A stretch of DNA of 64,000 nucleotides from Octopus sinensis (Eukaryota). Location of the stretch: the NCBI RefSeq assembly GCF_006345805.1, contig NC_043005.1:63922001-63986000 (forward strand). The letters run 5' to 3'. The translations under genes and the position numbers were made by a program. Shown piece after piece: positions 12,020 to 25,730 of this stretch (the stretch's first letter is position 1; each line of letters starts with the position of its first letter). The notes below the pieces were generated by a model. It saw nothing but the letters and a program-made list of their open reading frames with translations. It did not search any database and was not told where the DNA came from.

Positions 12020-13087
12020 TACTATGATGTTTGTAAATACTTATGAATGAAGAATTTTGCTAAGACGGTGAAGTTTGTCTTCAAGATCTTTTTCCGTTGC
12101 AGGCAGTAAAGAGAGTGAGAGAGGGACAGACAGACAGACAGAGATAAAGAACGTGTAGACGTTCTTAGAAAAATAATAAGTCTCTGTGTGTATGCCTTTA
12201 ATATAATCCGGTGTAATTTTAGACTTTGTATGGTTACGTATATGTCTTGCAAACAACTTTCACATGCAAGTGCGACCAGTTAAAAGCTCCGTATACCGGA
12301 AGCTAGCAAGTGTATGGGGTCATCAGGAGAGAATGCGCGTCGTTTCAGGGCCTACCACTCGACGGCATCAATGCACACCGACCCCCCCTCACTGATATGA
12401 GGCCCCGCTTGCTAGATCAGCTGGTTATGAAGAACTCAATATACTCCTAGCCATCGCTCATCGTCTCTTTTTAACCAAATCCATTTGTTTTGAAGTTTGT
12501 GTTCCTGTTATGGAGAATGAATCAGACAGAAGTCGACAGTTAGCCAGAGAGAGACAAAGGCGAAGAGTAGCCAGTCCTACACAGGAAGAACTGGACGCAA
12601 GAAGATTAAACAATACATTAAGGTTATTAAATCAATCACAAGAAATGAGACAAGAGAGACAAGCGCAGAAGACAGGCTCGAAGACGTCAAAATGTAAAGG
12701 AGCACCTAACTGCAGAAAGGAGAGATATCCATAGAGAGATAAGCACAAAAGCGCCACGATGACACAGAAGGACATGCGGCAGTCACGAGAGAATATCTAA
12801 GAACGAGGGTATCGTAAAAGCAACAAAATGAAATGGAAGAAGAAGCAGCACAAAGGAAAGAAATCGAAAGAGAGAGAGAGAACATTGAGGAGAAGAATAG
12901 AAGTATAATGGTTAACACTGAAACGGACCATCGAAAAGAAGGCGAACTCATTGTCCTGTAGGGTTTTCACAAGAAACGTGGTGTTGAAGCAATTACTGAG
13001 ATAAAGTAACTGTTGTAATGTTTTTATTTTAATTTTATCTTCTGTATCATTTTCATGCCGTCATTTCTGAAGGCACGGGTACACTAG
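12020..13087 (+). mobile_element. Probable non-autonomous Helitron with remnant of the charged N-terminal region
   Basis: 3' end has hairpin tgccgtca-tttc-tgaaggca, then cgggtaca-CTAG followed by T (13084-13088). Internal broken ORF from 12510 (MENESDRSRQLARERQRRR...NEMEEEAAQRKE) resembles Helitron RepHel N-termini. The 5' boundary is approximate. Confidence 0.6.
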
Positions 13088-13104
13088 TAATAATAATAAT
13101 ATTA

Positions 13105-13193
<89 letters not shown>

Positions 13194-13203
13194 TAATAAT
13201 AAT

Positions 13204-14029
13204 GGACTAAACTAAACGCAAAAGAAATAGACAAAGAAAAATCCCAGCAATGGTTGAGAAGCTCAGGACTCAAAGCAGAAACAGAGGGATTTTTAATTGC
13301 AGCACAAGACCAAAGCCTCCCCACCAGAAATTACCAAAAACATGTAATGAAAAGAAATATTACAAGTAACTGCAGAATATGTGGAGATGGACAAGAAACA
13401 ATAAATCATATTATCTCTAGCTGCCCAGTCCTGGCTAAGAAGGAATATATTCACCGACATGACAGAGTTGGAACCTACATACATTGGAAGCTATGCCAAC
13501 ATTATGGAATAACAACAGAAAAAAGATGGTATAGGCACACACCAGAAAAAGTCACAGAAAACGAGAAAGCAACCATACTCTGGGATATGCCGATACACAC
13601 AGATAGAGAAATTAAGGCCAACAGACCAGATATAGTTGTCAGAGATCATGAAGAAAAAAATGTCTTCTAATGTATCAATACCGGCTGATGACAACGTGTC
13701 TCTAAAAGAAATGGAGAAACTCTCAAAATACAAAGACCTGGAAATAGAGGTAACTAGAATGTGGAATCTGAAAACAGAAACAATTCTTATCATAGTAGGT
13801 GCATTAGGCATGATAAAAAAATATTCAGACAAATACATAACAAAAACACCAGGACTTACAAACACATATAACATACAGAAAATTGCACTACTAGGCACTG
13901 CACACATCCTACGCAGAACACTTTCCATACAATAACCATCAGAGCATCACAACAAATCACAGCACATACCCAAGGCACACAGAGCTGCGCTCGGTAGTGA
14001 AGTGAAAGCACGCTATAAAAATAAAACTA

Positions 14030-14032
<3 letters not shown>
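13204..14032 (+). mobile_element. 5'-truncated R4/Dong-clade RLE LINE inserted in (TAA)n
   Basis: WLRSSGLKAETEGFLIAAQDQ, CCHC finger CRICGDGQETINHIISSC, HDRVGTYIHW, RPDIVV...VSIPADD, KYKDL, ALLGTAHILR. One frameshift near 13670. (AAT)n on both flanks. Confidence 0.9.
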
Positions 14033-14115
<83 letters not shown>

Positions 14116-14177
14116 TAATGATGATGATGATGATGATGATGATGACGACGACGACGACGATGAGGATAATAATAATA

Positions 14178-14968
14178 AGCAAGGGTGACCTAAAAAGAAG
14201 AGTGAAAGCCTAATCATCGCTGCCCAGGATCAGGTGCTGAATACCAACTCAATGAAAATGAATATGCACCACACAACTGCAACGAACCTCTGCAGAATGT
14301 ATGGGAAGAGGGTCGAAAGCGTGACTCACATTGTTAGCGCTTGTAAAAGTCTTGCACAGAAAGACTACAAGTACAGATGCGATAAGTTAGCCCAAAACGT
14401 TCACTGGCTACAATGCCGGAAGTATGGTTACAAGGTAACGGGTGCCTGATACCAACATACACCAGAAAAAGGTAACAGACGAAAAGGGGAAGGCAAAAAT
14501 CCTCTGGGACTTTGACTTCTGGACAGGCAAGGTGTTAGAGCAACGAAGGCTGGATATAGTAACCTTCAGGAGGGACAAACAAGAGTGCCTGATAATCGAC
14601 GTGGCGGTGCCAGGAGATCAACATATTATCCCGAAAGAAAAAGATTGATAAATATGAAGACCTGAGAACTGAGATCGCCAAGATGTGGCAGCTACGAGAG
14701 CCAAACATAATGGCTGCCCCATATTATCATCAGAGCATTGGGTTCGATACCACCCAATCTGAAAAAAATATCTGGTAACTTTATAAATACCCCACATTCT
14801 AGATATATTGCAAAAATCGGCATTACTTGGAACTGCACGCATATTGCGTGGACTACTGTCTGTTTGAGGTCCTTGTTGTAACTTTACAGACAGTACAACC
14901 CCCGTTTAGATACAATATCTTCAATTAAAAACATCAAGATATTAGATACTGTGCGACGTCTTAAATGA
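14178..14968 (+). mobile_element. 5'-truncated, degenerate R4/Dong-clade LINE (second family)
   Basis: LIIAAQDQVLNTN, CRMYGKRVESVTHIVSAC, ILWDFDF, RLDIV...LIIDVAVPGD, KYEDL, LLGTARILR. Preceded by an AAT/GAT microsatellite. Confidence 0.88.
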
Positions 14969-14984
14969 TTATAGGCACGAAGCC

Positions 14985-15150
14985 TGAAAGTTTGAGAAGA
15001 GACTAGTCATTTACATCAACTCCAGTGATCAACTGATGCTTACTTTATGAACCCTGAATGAAAGGCAAAATTGACTAGACGGAATTTGAACACAGAACTT
15101 AAAGGCAGAAGAAATGCGGCCAAGTAATTTGTCCGGCGCAATTTACTACC
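14985..15150 (-). mobile_element. tRNA-derived SINE fragment
   Basis: ggcacgaagcctgaaagttt...gaatgaaaggcaaaattgac...ggaatttgaacacagaac. Reverse complement of the SINE family at 5110. Confidence 0.7.
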
Positions 15151-15479
15151 TTAATGGTAATGTCTATTTAATACTGTCAGACATCTGTGTAGATCTTATG
15201 TGAGTGCAGAATTTAAACAGAGTGAGATTTGGAATGAGAATATAATTAAAGCACTTATTGGATATTAATAAATTAACCTTTATTTCCTTATGTCAAATAC
15301 AGATTATTTAGTAGTTACATCGCCCAAAGATATATTTGCGTTAATGATTTCCCAAATTTGTGTAGGTTTGAATTATATATACGTTAAACGATTTTAATTT
15401 CTATGGGAAGTTGTTGAAATTTGTCCAGTGAATCAAGCATAAATAGCTTTATGTCACATTTACATGTAACAATTAAATA

Positions 15480-16800
15480 TATTCCTCACCCAGCACCAGT
15501 GCATCCTCTGTACAGCAACAGCTATTTGAGCTTTACTATTCTATATCTCTAAACTATCAGCTTTCGCCTTTGACAGAGCTAGTTTAAAGCGGAGTCGTTA
15601 CCTGCGACATAATTAGATCTTTCAGCTTTGTTTGGCAGGTGAATCTTCCGTTATTTTCCCCGCCTTTAGATTTCGTTCAACACTCCAGCTCTTTGATCGG
15701 TATCTTTCTATCAGATCAAAGTATCGTCTTCTGCGCTGACAGTATATTTTACTGCCCACATTCCAAACACTCTGATGTTCCCAGGGTTCTGTTTTGTGAC
15801 CTGTAGTCTGTTTCTCGAATACTTCAATTTACAAATAATATCATCGCCAACTAATCACATGTCTATACAACTTTTGTCGTTATATCTTACATGTTTAAGC
15901 CAAATATCATTTACAGACAACAGAGACATCTCACACCGAATTTGCGCTGACTCCATGAACAGAAACCTTGGAAATATCCTTTAAAGTGGTCATACCTGCC
16001 TTGCCTTGCATAACGTTAACACAACACAAGCACTGATCCCTATTTAAACAAGTATAGAAAACAAATAGAACCTCTGAAATCACACTGAATATTACGTTTT
16101 TCTATGAGGATCTCTTCTAACAAACGCATATCTCAAACATTGGCTCCTTTCTTCAGTTCCAGAAGATATTTCAACCCTCAACGACTTCTAACTCATTGCA
16201 AAGCTCAGGTTAGAACCAAATGACATTCTAGAAATCATCCAGAGAAACGTCAGTAGATACAATGTGCACTTCAGCATTACCAAACGTAAATGATAAAATC
16301 CTTTTTGCTTATGATAGCGAACTATCCTTGATTTATCGTATATGGAGACCAAAGTGTATATTGACTGAACACAGGCTGATAATCATTTGTTTGACTTAAT
16401 CCAGATTGATCAAAATAAATTCACTCAGTGATATTGGCTTGAAATTTTATCCTCAGACATGCTATCTCTTCTTTATGTCTCCTATCTATTCAATGAACTC
16501 TGTTGACTGGAGCTGGATGGTCTTCTACCACATCCACTCAGACACTCTCTTCTTGTTAAACTAAGTTTGTGTTCAACCCTGAGTGCTCGCACTAGCCACA
16601 ATGCTTAGTACTAACAACTTATCAATTCGGCCTTGTGGAATTTCATCGATGCATATCTTTCCTGCATTCGTCGTCTTGCAATAGTTTAACTTTAACGATA
16701 TCAGTCTCATTGGTATCTGAATTTACGTATTCAATAACATCCAAGTATCTCAATTCTCCACTTACTGGTGTCCAAAGTTAGTACGGTTAAATTACAAAAA
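15480..16800 (-). mobile_element. Old RTE-clade LINE remnant
   Basis: Broken minus-strand translations MRLLEEILIEK..., LVGDDII (FADD-like), NEI*RRGK, LLYRGC (LLYGCE-like), in the expected RT order. Many stops. Confidence 0.45.
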
Positions 16801-17699
16801 TATTAACTTAGCAACTACAAGTACACTACTTTCGCAGTATTCTTTCCTCGAGATTATCGCTCGCAATAATTGGAATCACTACTCCTGCTTCTATTTGGCG
16901 ATGGTATGGACGTGTAGTCGAGACGTTTGCATCCAACAGCTTCGTTATGATTTCAATCCCACTGAGCGGAACCTTGAGCAAGACGGCAACTATGTAGAAA
17001 TCAGTCGGAGAGACTGTTTCTTTAATTGGGTGGTGAAATGTAGTCCATCGCCCCGCTTTATCAACATCAGTACAGGTAACAAGATGCCTGGTTTTAGCGG
17101 ACAACCCTCTTTTGTGAGCATTCGAACCACGTTTCTGATTCATCCCTTTTTTCCATCAACTTTTGAGGCCCCAGAACAAAAATCATGCACACGACTCGTT
17201 CATCTTAGATGACGTCATAATAAATAAATGTAAAAATAAACGTAATTGCTGCAAACATTATATAAATGCCAGAATCAATAAGAACCGTCCGCTATCTCCG
17301 GTTAACATGGTTAAAAAAAAAACAGAATGCAGAATAATGAAAAATGAGTTATATAATTTTAGATATACTTTTTTTCTTTTCATTTACTCTTTCCAGAAAA
17401 AAAAAAAACTATATTATTTGCAAAATTACTTGCTTGGAAATTTAATGAAATAGGTTATTCATCTTAAATGATAACGTTTCTGGTAGGTTTATCTCAGCGG
17501 GGACTCAGAGGACATAAAATCTGTTGGAAGCCATGACAGTAGAAAATGTCATTGACAAGTCAACCTTGGAAATTTAGTATAATTCATTTACATTCTGGTT
17601 CGTATTCACATTCATTTTGTTAGCTAGCTATTTCCTGATAATGGAAAGTTTATTCTCAGAGCAGAAATTAGTAAAGAATGCTTCAGCGGATGCTTAGAT

Positions 17700-17700
17700 G

Positions 17701-17774
<74 letters not shown>

Positions 17775-17777
17775 TAC

Positions 17778-17814
<37 letters not shown>

Positions 17815-18089
17815 GTTGTTGTTGTTGTTGTTGTTGTTGTTATTATTATTATTATTATTATCATTATTATTATTATTATTATTATTATTGCTATTATTAT
17901 TACTATTATTATCGTCATCGCATCGTGATCATCATCATCATCATCAGTAGTAGTAATGGTAGTAGTAGTGGTGGTGGTGGTGGTGGTGGTGATGATGAGA
18001 GCCATCGAGCTGTAATTTCGTATTTGTTACACAACAGAAATATTGTTAGTCATTGAACATTTGACATGATGGCAGGTTATAGGAATATT

Positions 18090-18131
<42 letters not shown>

Positions 18132-18230
18132 CAGCAGTAGTAGTAGTAGTTGCTGCTGTTGTTGTTGTTTTTGCTGTTGTTATTGTTGTTGTTTTTGTTG
18201 TTGCTGTTGTTGTTGATTTCGTTGTTGTTT
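17700..18230. repeat. Compound (TTA)/(TTG)/(CAT)/(TAG) microsatellite
   Basis: Read directly; source of the poly-Leu and poly-Ile ORFs. Confidence 0.95.
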
Positions 18231-19064
18231 GAAAAACGTTTGGTCATGCAGGCTGGTAGAAACAACGTTTCTCTAAATCAATAATCGATACACGATTAAC
18301 AATGTTACCAAACTCCATTATTGGATTTATTCAAGTTGAATATCTCATTTTTCATTTATTGCTTCTGATTTACAACTCTTCATACCAGTGTAAAATACTA
18401 TATATCATAGAAAAACAGATCTGTCCATTAAGTTTTAAGAGATTTTCCAGCAATTTTGTCTGCGACTATTTTACATGAACACAGTATCATTATAACCCAT
18501 TCTGAAACTAAAATTGCTTATTTTATTACAGTACTCAGTATTTTTCCACTGTCACTAAAATATGCCATGATGTACAGCAGCTTAATCCAATGTTCATAGC
18601 TTAAAAGACTTTTCTTCTCTGCCCATCTGATAGATAGAACATAGTTGATAGCATCATTTTTGTTCATAGGAAACTTTAATTTCAGCATTGCCAAATATAA
18701 TAACAATAATATTGTACACCCTCATGCTCTTTGTTTGCGAGTAGACTGATTGGGATATACAAACGCATGTTAAGAACAGAAAGCATATGAACTGTCAATC
18801 GTGTATTACTATTACTATTACTCACGCCAGAGATGAATTCAAGCGTTGTGCTGATCGCCATTACATTGCATATGTCGAGTTATTATATCATACGACCTAG
18901 GTTCGGTTCCTTGTGGTAGATATTTCAAAGATTTTATTTATCTTGCTTAAGACTTTGAGTAAGACTCGGACTTAGCATTTTCTGATTCTGCATTGTTCTC
19001 TAGCCTCCGTATATACGTGCATAGATACATATTTACACACACACACACACATGCAGTTATATGC

Positions 19065-19096
<32 letters not shown>

Positions 19097-20339
19097 TGTA
19101 TGTATGCATGTATGTATGTATGTAGGTGTATATATATTAGTATATACATACACATATATGTGGGTGTGGAGAGAGGGGAGAAAGGGAGAGATGCATGCAT
19201 ATAATAAATGTGTGTGTACCTCTGTGTTATGTGTGTACATCTGTGTGAGTGTGTGCGTGTGTTGTGTGTGTGCGTGCTGTGTGTTTATATTTATATGTAT
19301 ACATGCATGTATATGTATATATCGTAGATAATTTCCAGAAAAAGAAGAATTTATTTTATATGATATATAATATAAATTTATTCTTCTTTGATGATCAAAG
19401 ACATCCTACCAACCATTCTAACCATATTTTCTCTAACCTCATTTTAGTTTCATTTATAGAAATAACCAACCGTATAGATGTGTTCTTCTACATTAATATC
19501 GCTGTCTAGTTTTGCGGGATATAAGGCTGGCAAATGCTATACTTATGACGCTTATTGCGTTAAAATGCGTCTCCTGTCGTTCTAGACAGTCTGTCGTCTT
19601 TTTGCAGCTGTCCTCTTGTTTCTAGAAGAACAGTTCCTTAATGACATGTCAATTCTTGAGAATTATAGATCGACGAGAATATTTTTCTTTCTCATTTGGT
19701 GTTACTTCAAATTGCCATCGACCAGTTCATCTGTTTTCTGTGGGAAAGGTTATAATTTCAATAAATAGAGAATTTATATATATATACATATTTTATCTTT
19801 TATCTTTTATTTGTTTCAGTTATTGGATTGCGACCGCGCTGGAGCACTGTCTTCAAGAGTTTAATCGAGCAAATCAAACCCACAAAATTATCCTTTTACT
19901 GACTCTATCTGGGTTTTTTTGCCGAACTAGCACCGGTTGTCAAGCAGTGGTGTCGGATAAATCCAAACACAAACATATATACATACATAGATAGATACAC
20001 ACACCCACACATTCATATACACTCACATACACTCATATGCATAAACACAAATACATACATACACACTAACGGCAAAAAAACTCGTCGCGTGTATTGTACT
20101 TGTAATTCAAAAAGTATTGCCTTGTCACACTCTGTGTCTCGCCGATTATCCCTGCGAATTACGTTAAGTATATGTGTGTCAATATAACGCTTAGTCACTT
20201 GTTAATTCGGGAGCAAGTACTTCAGTTGATTAAACAAATGAATCGTTATTATAGTCGAACGACGGATATCCATCAACATCAAGCTTTCACACACACACAC
20301 ACATACACACGCACGCACACACACATATACACACACGCG

Positions 20340-20381
<42 letters not shown>

Positions 20382-20555
20382 AATAGATAGATAAATAGAT
20401 AGATAGATAGATAAGTATGTAGGCAGGCAGGCAGGTAGGTAGGCAGGTATGTACGTATGTATGTATGTATGTATGTATGTAGGTAGGTAGGTAGTTAGGT
20501 AGATAGGTAGGTAGGTAGGTAGGTAGGTAGGTATTTAGGTTGGTCGGTTGGTAGG

Positions 20556-20587
<32 letters not shown>

Positions 20588-20596
20588 TAGATAGAT

Positions 20597-20668
<72 letters not shown>

Positions 20669-20679
20669 TTCACAGATTC

Positions 20680-21980
20680 TCTGAAATGTTTCTAGGGTCT
20701 CAAGAGTTTCGGGTCTTTCAACATCAGACCTCTTGCCCAGTTGATTGAACTGAGGATGAGCAAGTCTACGTCTGCATCCTAGTGGCTGCATTTTCTTTTC
20801 TGTTCTTTTTACCCAAAAGGTACCAAGTTTTCTTCTATGTAGCTTCGGTTATGGAATTTATAGTTTTCCTCTCTTCTGCACCAGTAATTCCAAACTGAAT
20901 CAAACTTTTTTTTAGAGTAAGCGCCACACAAAACCCTGGGGAGCCTACTTCAATTGCCTTGCAACGTACCTACCGTCTTTAGTTTCTGCTGCTCTACTAG
21001 CACCTGATATTAAGAAAGAATTCTGTGATGAGCCTCCTCCAAGAATTCTTCCGGAGCACAGTCACTTTCCACATGATTCTCCGTTTGCTGGGGTTTCAGA
21101 GTTTCGTTCGAACAATGTGCTCTGAGCACTTTAATCGTTCCATTATCCACTCTCAACTGCCAGTCCAAGGTAGCGGTATGTAGGTACATTTCTTGATATT
21201 TCAGTTAACTGGGCTTTTTCTCGTGGGGTGCTATCTGCCGAATTTAATGGCTGTTGATATCGGTTCTACAATTAACTTCAGCACATGCTCAGGTTGCAAG
21301 CTATGGCATCAACCTGCTAACGTTCTGAGGCGGTTGCTGAAGAGATAAGTGCCGCAAATGATAGGTGGGGTGCTTCCGTCTCGCATCATGTGTGAAGATC
21401 TGTCGGAATTACTAAAATGTGTAAACAACCTAGATCAGAAATTTGATGTGCCGGATGTAAACCCGCTAAATATCAGACCAGGTGATGTTCCGCTGCTGTA
21501 TGCTGACCCGCCTTGTCCAGACTCCTTACTGAGTTGCAACACCTTGATTGCCTGTGCTTCCTCAACACCTGCATGAAATTTTTAGATGAGACGTTGTCGT
21601 TCTTTTCGTTTTGCCATTTCAAATCTTGAAAGTTGGAAATTAATATTGGCCTGAATATCTTACCTCAAGATACCCAATAAGAGTCCTCGCCCTCAAATGT
21701 TCCTCTGTTACTTGCAACTCTCTGACAACTCTCTACTTTCTACCTGTACGAAATTTAAGTCACTTGCTAGTGCTTTGGTATCGCTGCAATATCTATACTT
21801 CGTAGCTTCCATTGTCCATGTCACTACAAATTCCTCACAGAGGCCGCAAAAGGTCAGTCATAGAATGCTGGTTTTGCACACAGCGGTACAGTTTGCTTCC
21901 TTGATCATCAAGGTACCTTCTAGAAAAATGTTGATAGTCTACCAGGATTCTCACAATTTACGTATTGTCATTGTATAAAG
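20680..21980 (-). mobile_element. Degenerate HERO/NeSL-like RLE non-LTR retrotransposon 3' region
   Basis: Minus-strand fragments EHIVRT..., EEFLEEAHHRI...[39 protein letters not shown] match the PIEVGCRGF-type RLE C-terminus. Confidence 0.6.
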
Positions 21981-22124
21981 ACTGGGGCACAATGAAGATT
22001 GCCATACATACATACATATATATATATATATAAAGGGAAAGTTTAAGAAAATAAACAAAAGACGAAGGCAGGTGGAGTACAAACAAACAAATGTATTAGT
22101 ATAGCGCTCAGGAATAGAAAAAGT

Positions 22125-22160
22125 ATTTTACGTTTCGAGCCTACGCCCTTCGACAGAGAG
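22125..22160 (-). ncRNA. Degenerate minimal hammerhead relic
   Basis: Minus strand: CTGTCGA a gggc-gtag-gctc GAAAC GTA aaa. A6 is changed and helix I is weak. A related relic lies on + at about 25430-25464. Confidence 0.4.
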
Positions 22161-22238
22161 ATACACAGAAAAAAAAACAAGGAGAGAAACAAGGAGAGAA
22201 AAAAATGCGTGTAGGAACTAACGATCTATCATGGCGTC

Positions 22239-22317
<79 letters not shown>

Positions 22318-22574
22318 TATATACAGGTGTATGTGTGTGTGTGTGTATGTCTTTGCGTCAATTCTGTGTCTTTGTCCACCACCACCGCCTGGCAACCGGT
22401 GTTGGTGTGTTTACATCCTCATATCTTGGCAGTTCAGCAAAATAGACCGATTGTATAATGACATGGTTTTATAAATAGTAAGTACTGGGGTAGATTCTTT
22501 TGAAGGCGGTGTCCCAGCATAGCTGCAGTCTAATGACTGACACAATAAATATAGATATATACCTACATTTCAAG

Positions 22575-22852
22575 TGATCGACCTGGCTATCAGATGTTGT
22601 TACACGTCGCTGGTCACAATGCACCTTGCATTGTTTTAGCATTCAAATGACGCCACCCCGCTGGCTAAGCGATGAGGCCAACAGAAGAAAGAGTTAGAGA
22701 AAGTTGCGGCGAAAGGGTACAGCAGGGATCGACAGCTCCCCCTGCCGGAGCCTCGAGGAGCTTTTATGTGTTTTCACTCAATAAACACTCACAACGCCCG
22801 GTCTGGGAATCGAAACCGCGAGTCCGCTGCCCTAACCACTGGGCCATTGCGC
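22575..22852 (-). mobile_element. tRNA-derived SINE (distinct family)
   Basis: Minus-strand head gcaatggcccagtggttagggcagcggactcgcggtttcgattcccagaccggg has clear A and B boxes. Confidence 0.8.
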
Positions 22853-22960
22853 GTTCACTATGTACCTACATATGTAGATTATTTTATGCGCAACTCCATT
22901 GTCTCCCAAGACAAAAAGGATGCTAACAACATACATATATACATAAATATATAAATATAT

Positions 22961-23013
<53 letters not shown>

Positions 23014-24597
23014 GTGTGTGTGTGTGTTGCTTAGTGTGTGTATGTGGGTTTGTTTTTGTGTATATGTGTGTGTAATAATTATTTTCGTGAGTCAAAAGAA
23101 TCGAGACATTTTTAATAACAAAGGCACAAAGATAGACTCGAAGATACACGATTTTTAAATATGATGAAATAAAAACGCACCTGAAACAGCTGTAGTGTGT
23201 GTATATATATGCAGGTATATATGCAGGTGTGTGTGTGTGTACATGCAGGTATGTGTCAGCGTATGTCTGTATGCGTGATTTTCTTACTTACTCTGATTTT
23301 AATCCAACTTTCTGTGCTCCCCTTTCATTTTGTGACCCTTAGACTCTCCTAATTTTCTATATCTCCTATTCATCCCCCTTCTCTTTACCTCCGCCTCCTT
23401 TACCTCAATTTTTACATTCTGCTGCTGCCTTCTTTTCTTCTTCTTCTTCTTCTTCTTCTTCTTCTCTTCTTCTTCTTCTTCTTCCTCCTCCTCCTCTTCC
23501 TCCTCCCCTTCTTACTCTCCCTCTCCTCCTCCTCATCATCATTTCTCATCTGTTCTTTTCCCCCTCAATTTCACTTGTTCCTTATTTTTATTCTTCTTCT
23601 TCTCATCCTCCTCCTCCTCCTGCTCACCATCATCATCATAATCATCATTATCTAAATGACGCTTGCATCATCATCATCATCATCATCATCTTCATCATAA
23701 TCATCATCAACATCGCCGTCGACTACGTTATCATCGCTATCATCTGTTTATTATACTTATTTCTCTCCTCTGATAACATCACTGACTTTTTATTTTCTAT
23801 TTTCTATTTTCTATCTTTCTCGTAAATTTCTATCCATACAATGTTCTATTTTGTGTCTTTGTTTTTTTTTCTATTTCCGTTCTATGCTATAGTTCTGTTT
23901 CCCTATCTCACTCTCTCTCTCTCACTCTCTCTATCTCTATTTATCTCTCTCTCTCTCTCGCTCACTCTCTCTTTCCATCTGTTTCTCTTTATCCCGTTGT
24001 GTAATAGTCCATTAATATTTGTGTTCTTCTCTCACTCTTCCATCCTATCTACTCTTTTTTTCACTTCTTTCGTCTGTTTCATTCTTTCTTTCTTACCTCT
24101 TTCTCTTTCTCTTTCTCTCTCTCTCTCTTTCTTTCTCCCCTCTTTCTTTTACTTTCTCTCTCTCTCTCTCTCCCGTTTTTCTCCTGTCTTCCCCGACTTC
24201 CCCTTTTAGTTTTATCATTACATTACACGAAAGCAAATTGAAAACACTCTAGTCAAAAACGTACAGATGTTGACCTGTAATATTTTGTGTAGGTCAACAG
24301 AATGGGAGAACGCGCATACAAATGCTTCTATTTTAGAACACACATTATAGGAAAAATCTTGACCTCTCTTGACAAAGATGATCTTCTTCATCCTCATTCT
24401 TCATATCTTCATATCCCCTTCCTCTAAATCCTTGTTATCGAATTTATTTTGCCTTAGTTTCCAAATATCCGAGATATAATGTGTTAACTTAGAAGATACA
24501 CACACGATACACACGCACACACATATTTATAAGCATCCATCTATGTGCTTTAGCATATGTATATTGTAAAAAGAATATGTGTATGTGTGTATACATA

Positions 24598-24761
24598 TAT
24601 GCGCAGGCGTGGCTGTGTAGTAAGAAGCTTGCTTCGCAACCAAATGATTCCGGATTCAATCCCACTGCATGGCACCTTGAGCAAATGTCTTCTACTTTAT
24701 CCTCGGGCTGATCAAAGCCTTGTAAGTGGATTTGTTAGTCGGAAACTGTAAGATGCGCATC

Positions 24762-24796
<35 letters not shown>

Positions 24797-24808
24797 GTGT
24801 GTGTGTGT

Positions 24809-24840
<32 letters not shown>

Positions 24841-25040
24841 ATGCGTGTGTATGCGTGTTTATGTGTGTTTATGCGTGTATACAAGTGTATGTGTCATTAT
24901 GCCTGTTTGTCGCCTACCACCGCTTGACAACCGATCTTGGTGTGATTATGTTCTGTAACTTGGCGGTTCGACAAAAGAAAAAACCGATAGAATATATGCT
25001 AAGCTTTTAAAAAAATAAGTCTTTTGGTAGTTCAACTGTA
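24598..25040 (+). mobile_element. tRNA-derived SINE with internal (TG)n
   Basis: gcgcaggcgtggctgtgtagtaagaagctt...ggattcaatcccactgcatggcaccttgagcaa. Homologous to 6826-7255. Confidence 0.82.
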
Positions 25041-25565
25041 TAATTATCCAACAATAATCTAATGGTTTCATTTCTAAAGTCATGAAAGATTTTCGAATGA
25101 AGATGCAATGTTTCGAAATATACAGATATTTTTCACTGATTGTTTTCGGAAGGTGAATTAACATATCTTTGTTGTGTCTTTTGAAACTTCGATGTGTTTA
25201 AGGAATAGCTTCAGTATGATGCCTAAAATATCATGCAGATTGTGAGCTTCAAATTCTAGACCAGCTCCTATCGGTCTATTATTCTATGCAGCGAAAGCAT
25301 AGAGAAACTAAACGAATTACGCAAAAAACACTCCTCGGTGGAACAATCTAGTATATATGAGCAATGTAACTAAACACGTACTGTTGGTGATTTTTTAAAC
25401 TTCTTTGGCTAGTCTCTGTTCTCTTTCCCTTTTCCGACGTGGAGCTATGTTCGAAGCGTCAAAAACAAAAAACTCTCACTCTTTTACTGAGCGTCAAGCT
25501 AATACATTCCATGTGCACGTCCTGTTGGTGTTTGTTATTTTTAATGTTCGTTTATTTGATTTGAC

Positions 25566-25632
<67 letters not shown>

Positions 25633-25666
25633 CATACATATATATATATATATATACATACATATA

Positions 25667-25730
<64 letters not shown>

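Noticed and set aside
12300-12420. Type II/III or type I hammerhead reading of the GC-rich segment
   Set aside because: The core words are in the wrong spacing or mutated, and no consistent three-helix fold results.
24278-24300. gttgacct/aggtcaac hairpin as a pre-miRNA
   Set aside because: The stem is only about 12 bp, too short.
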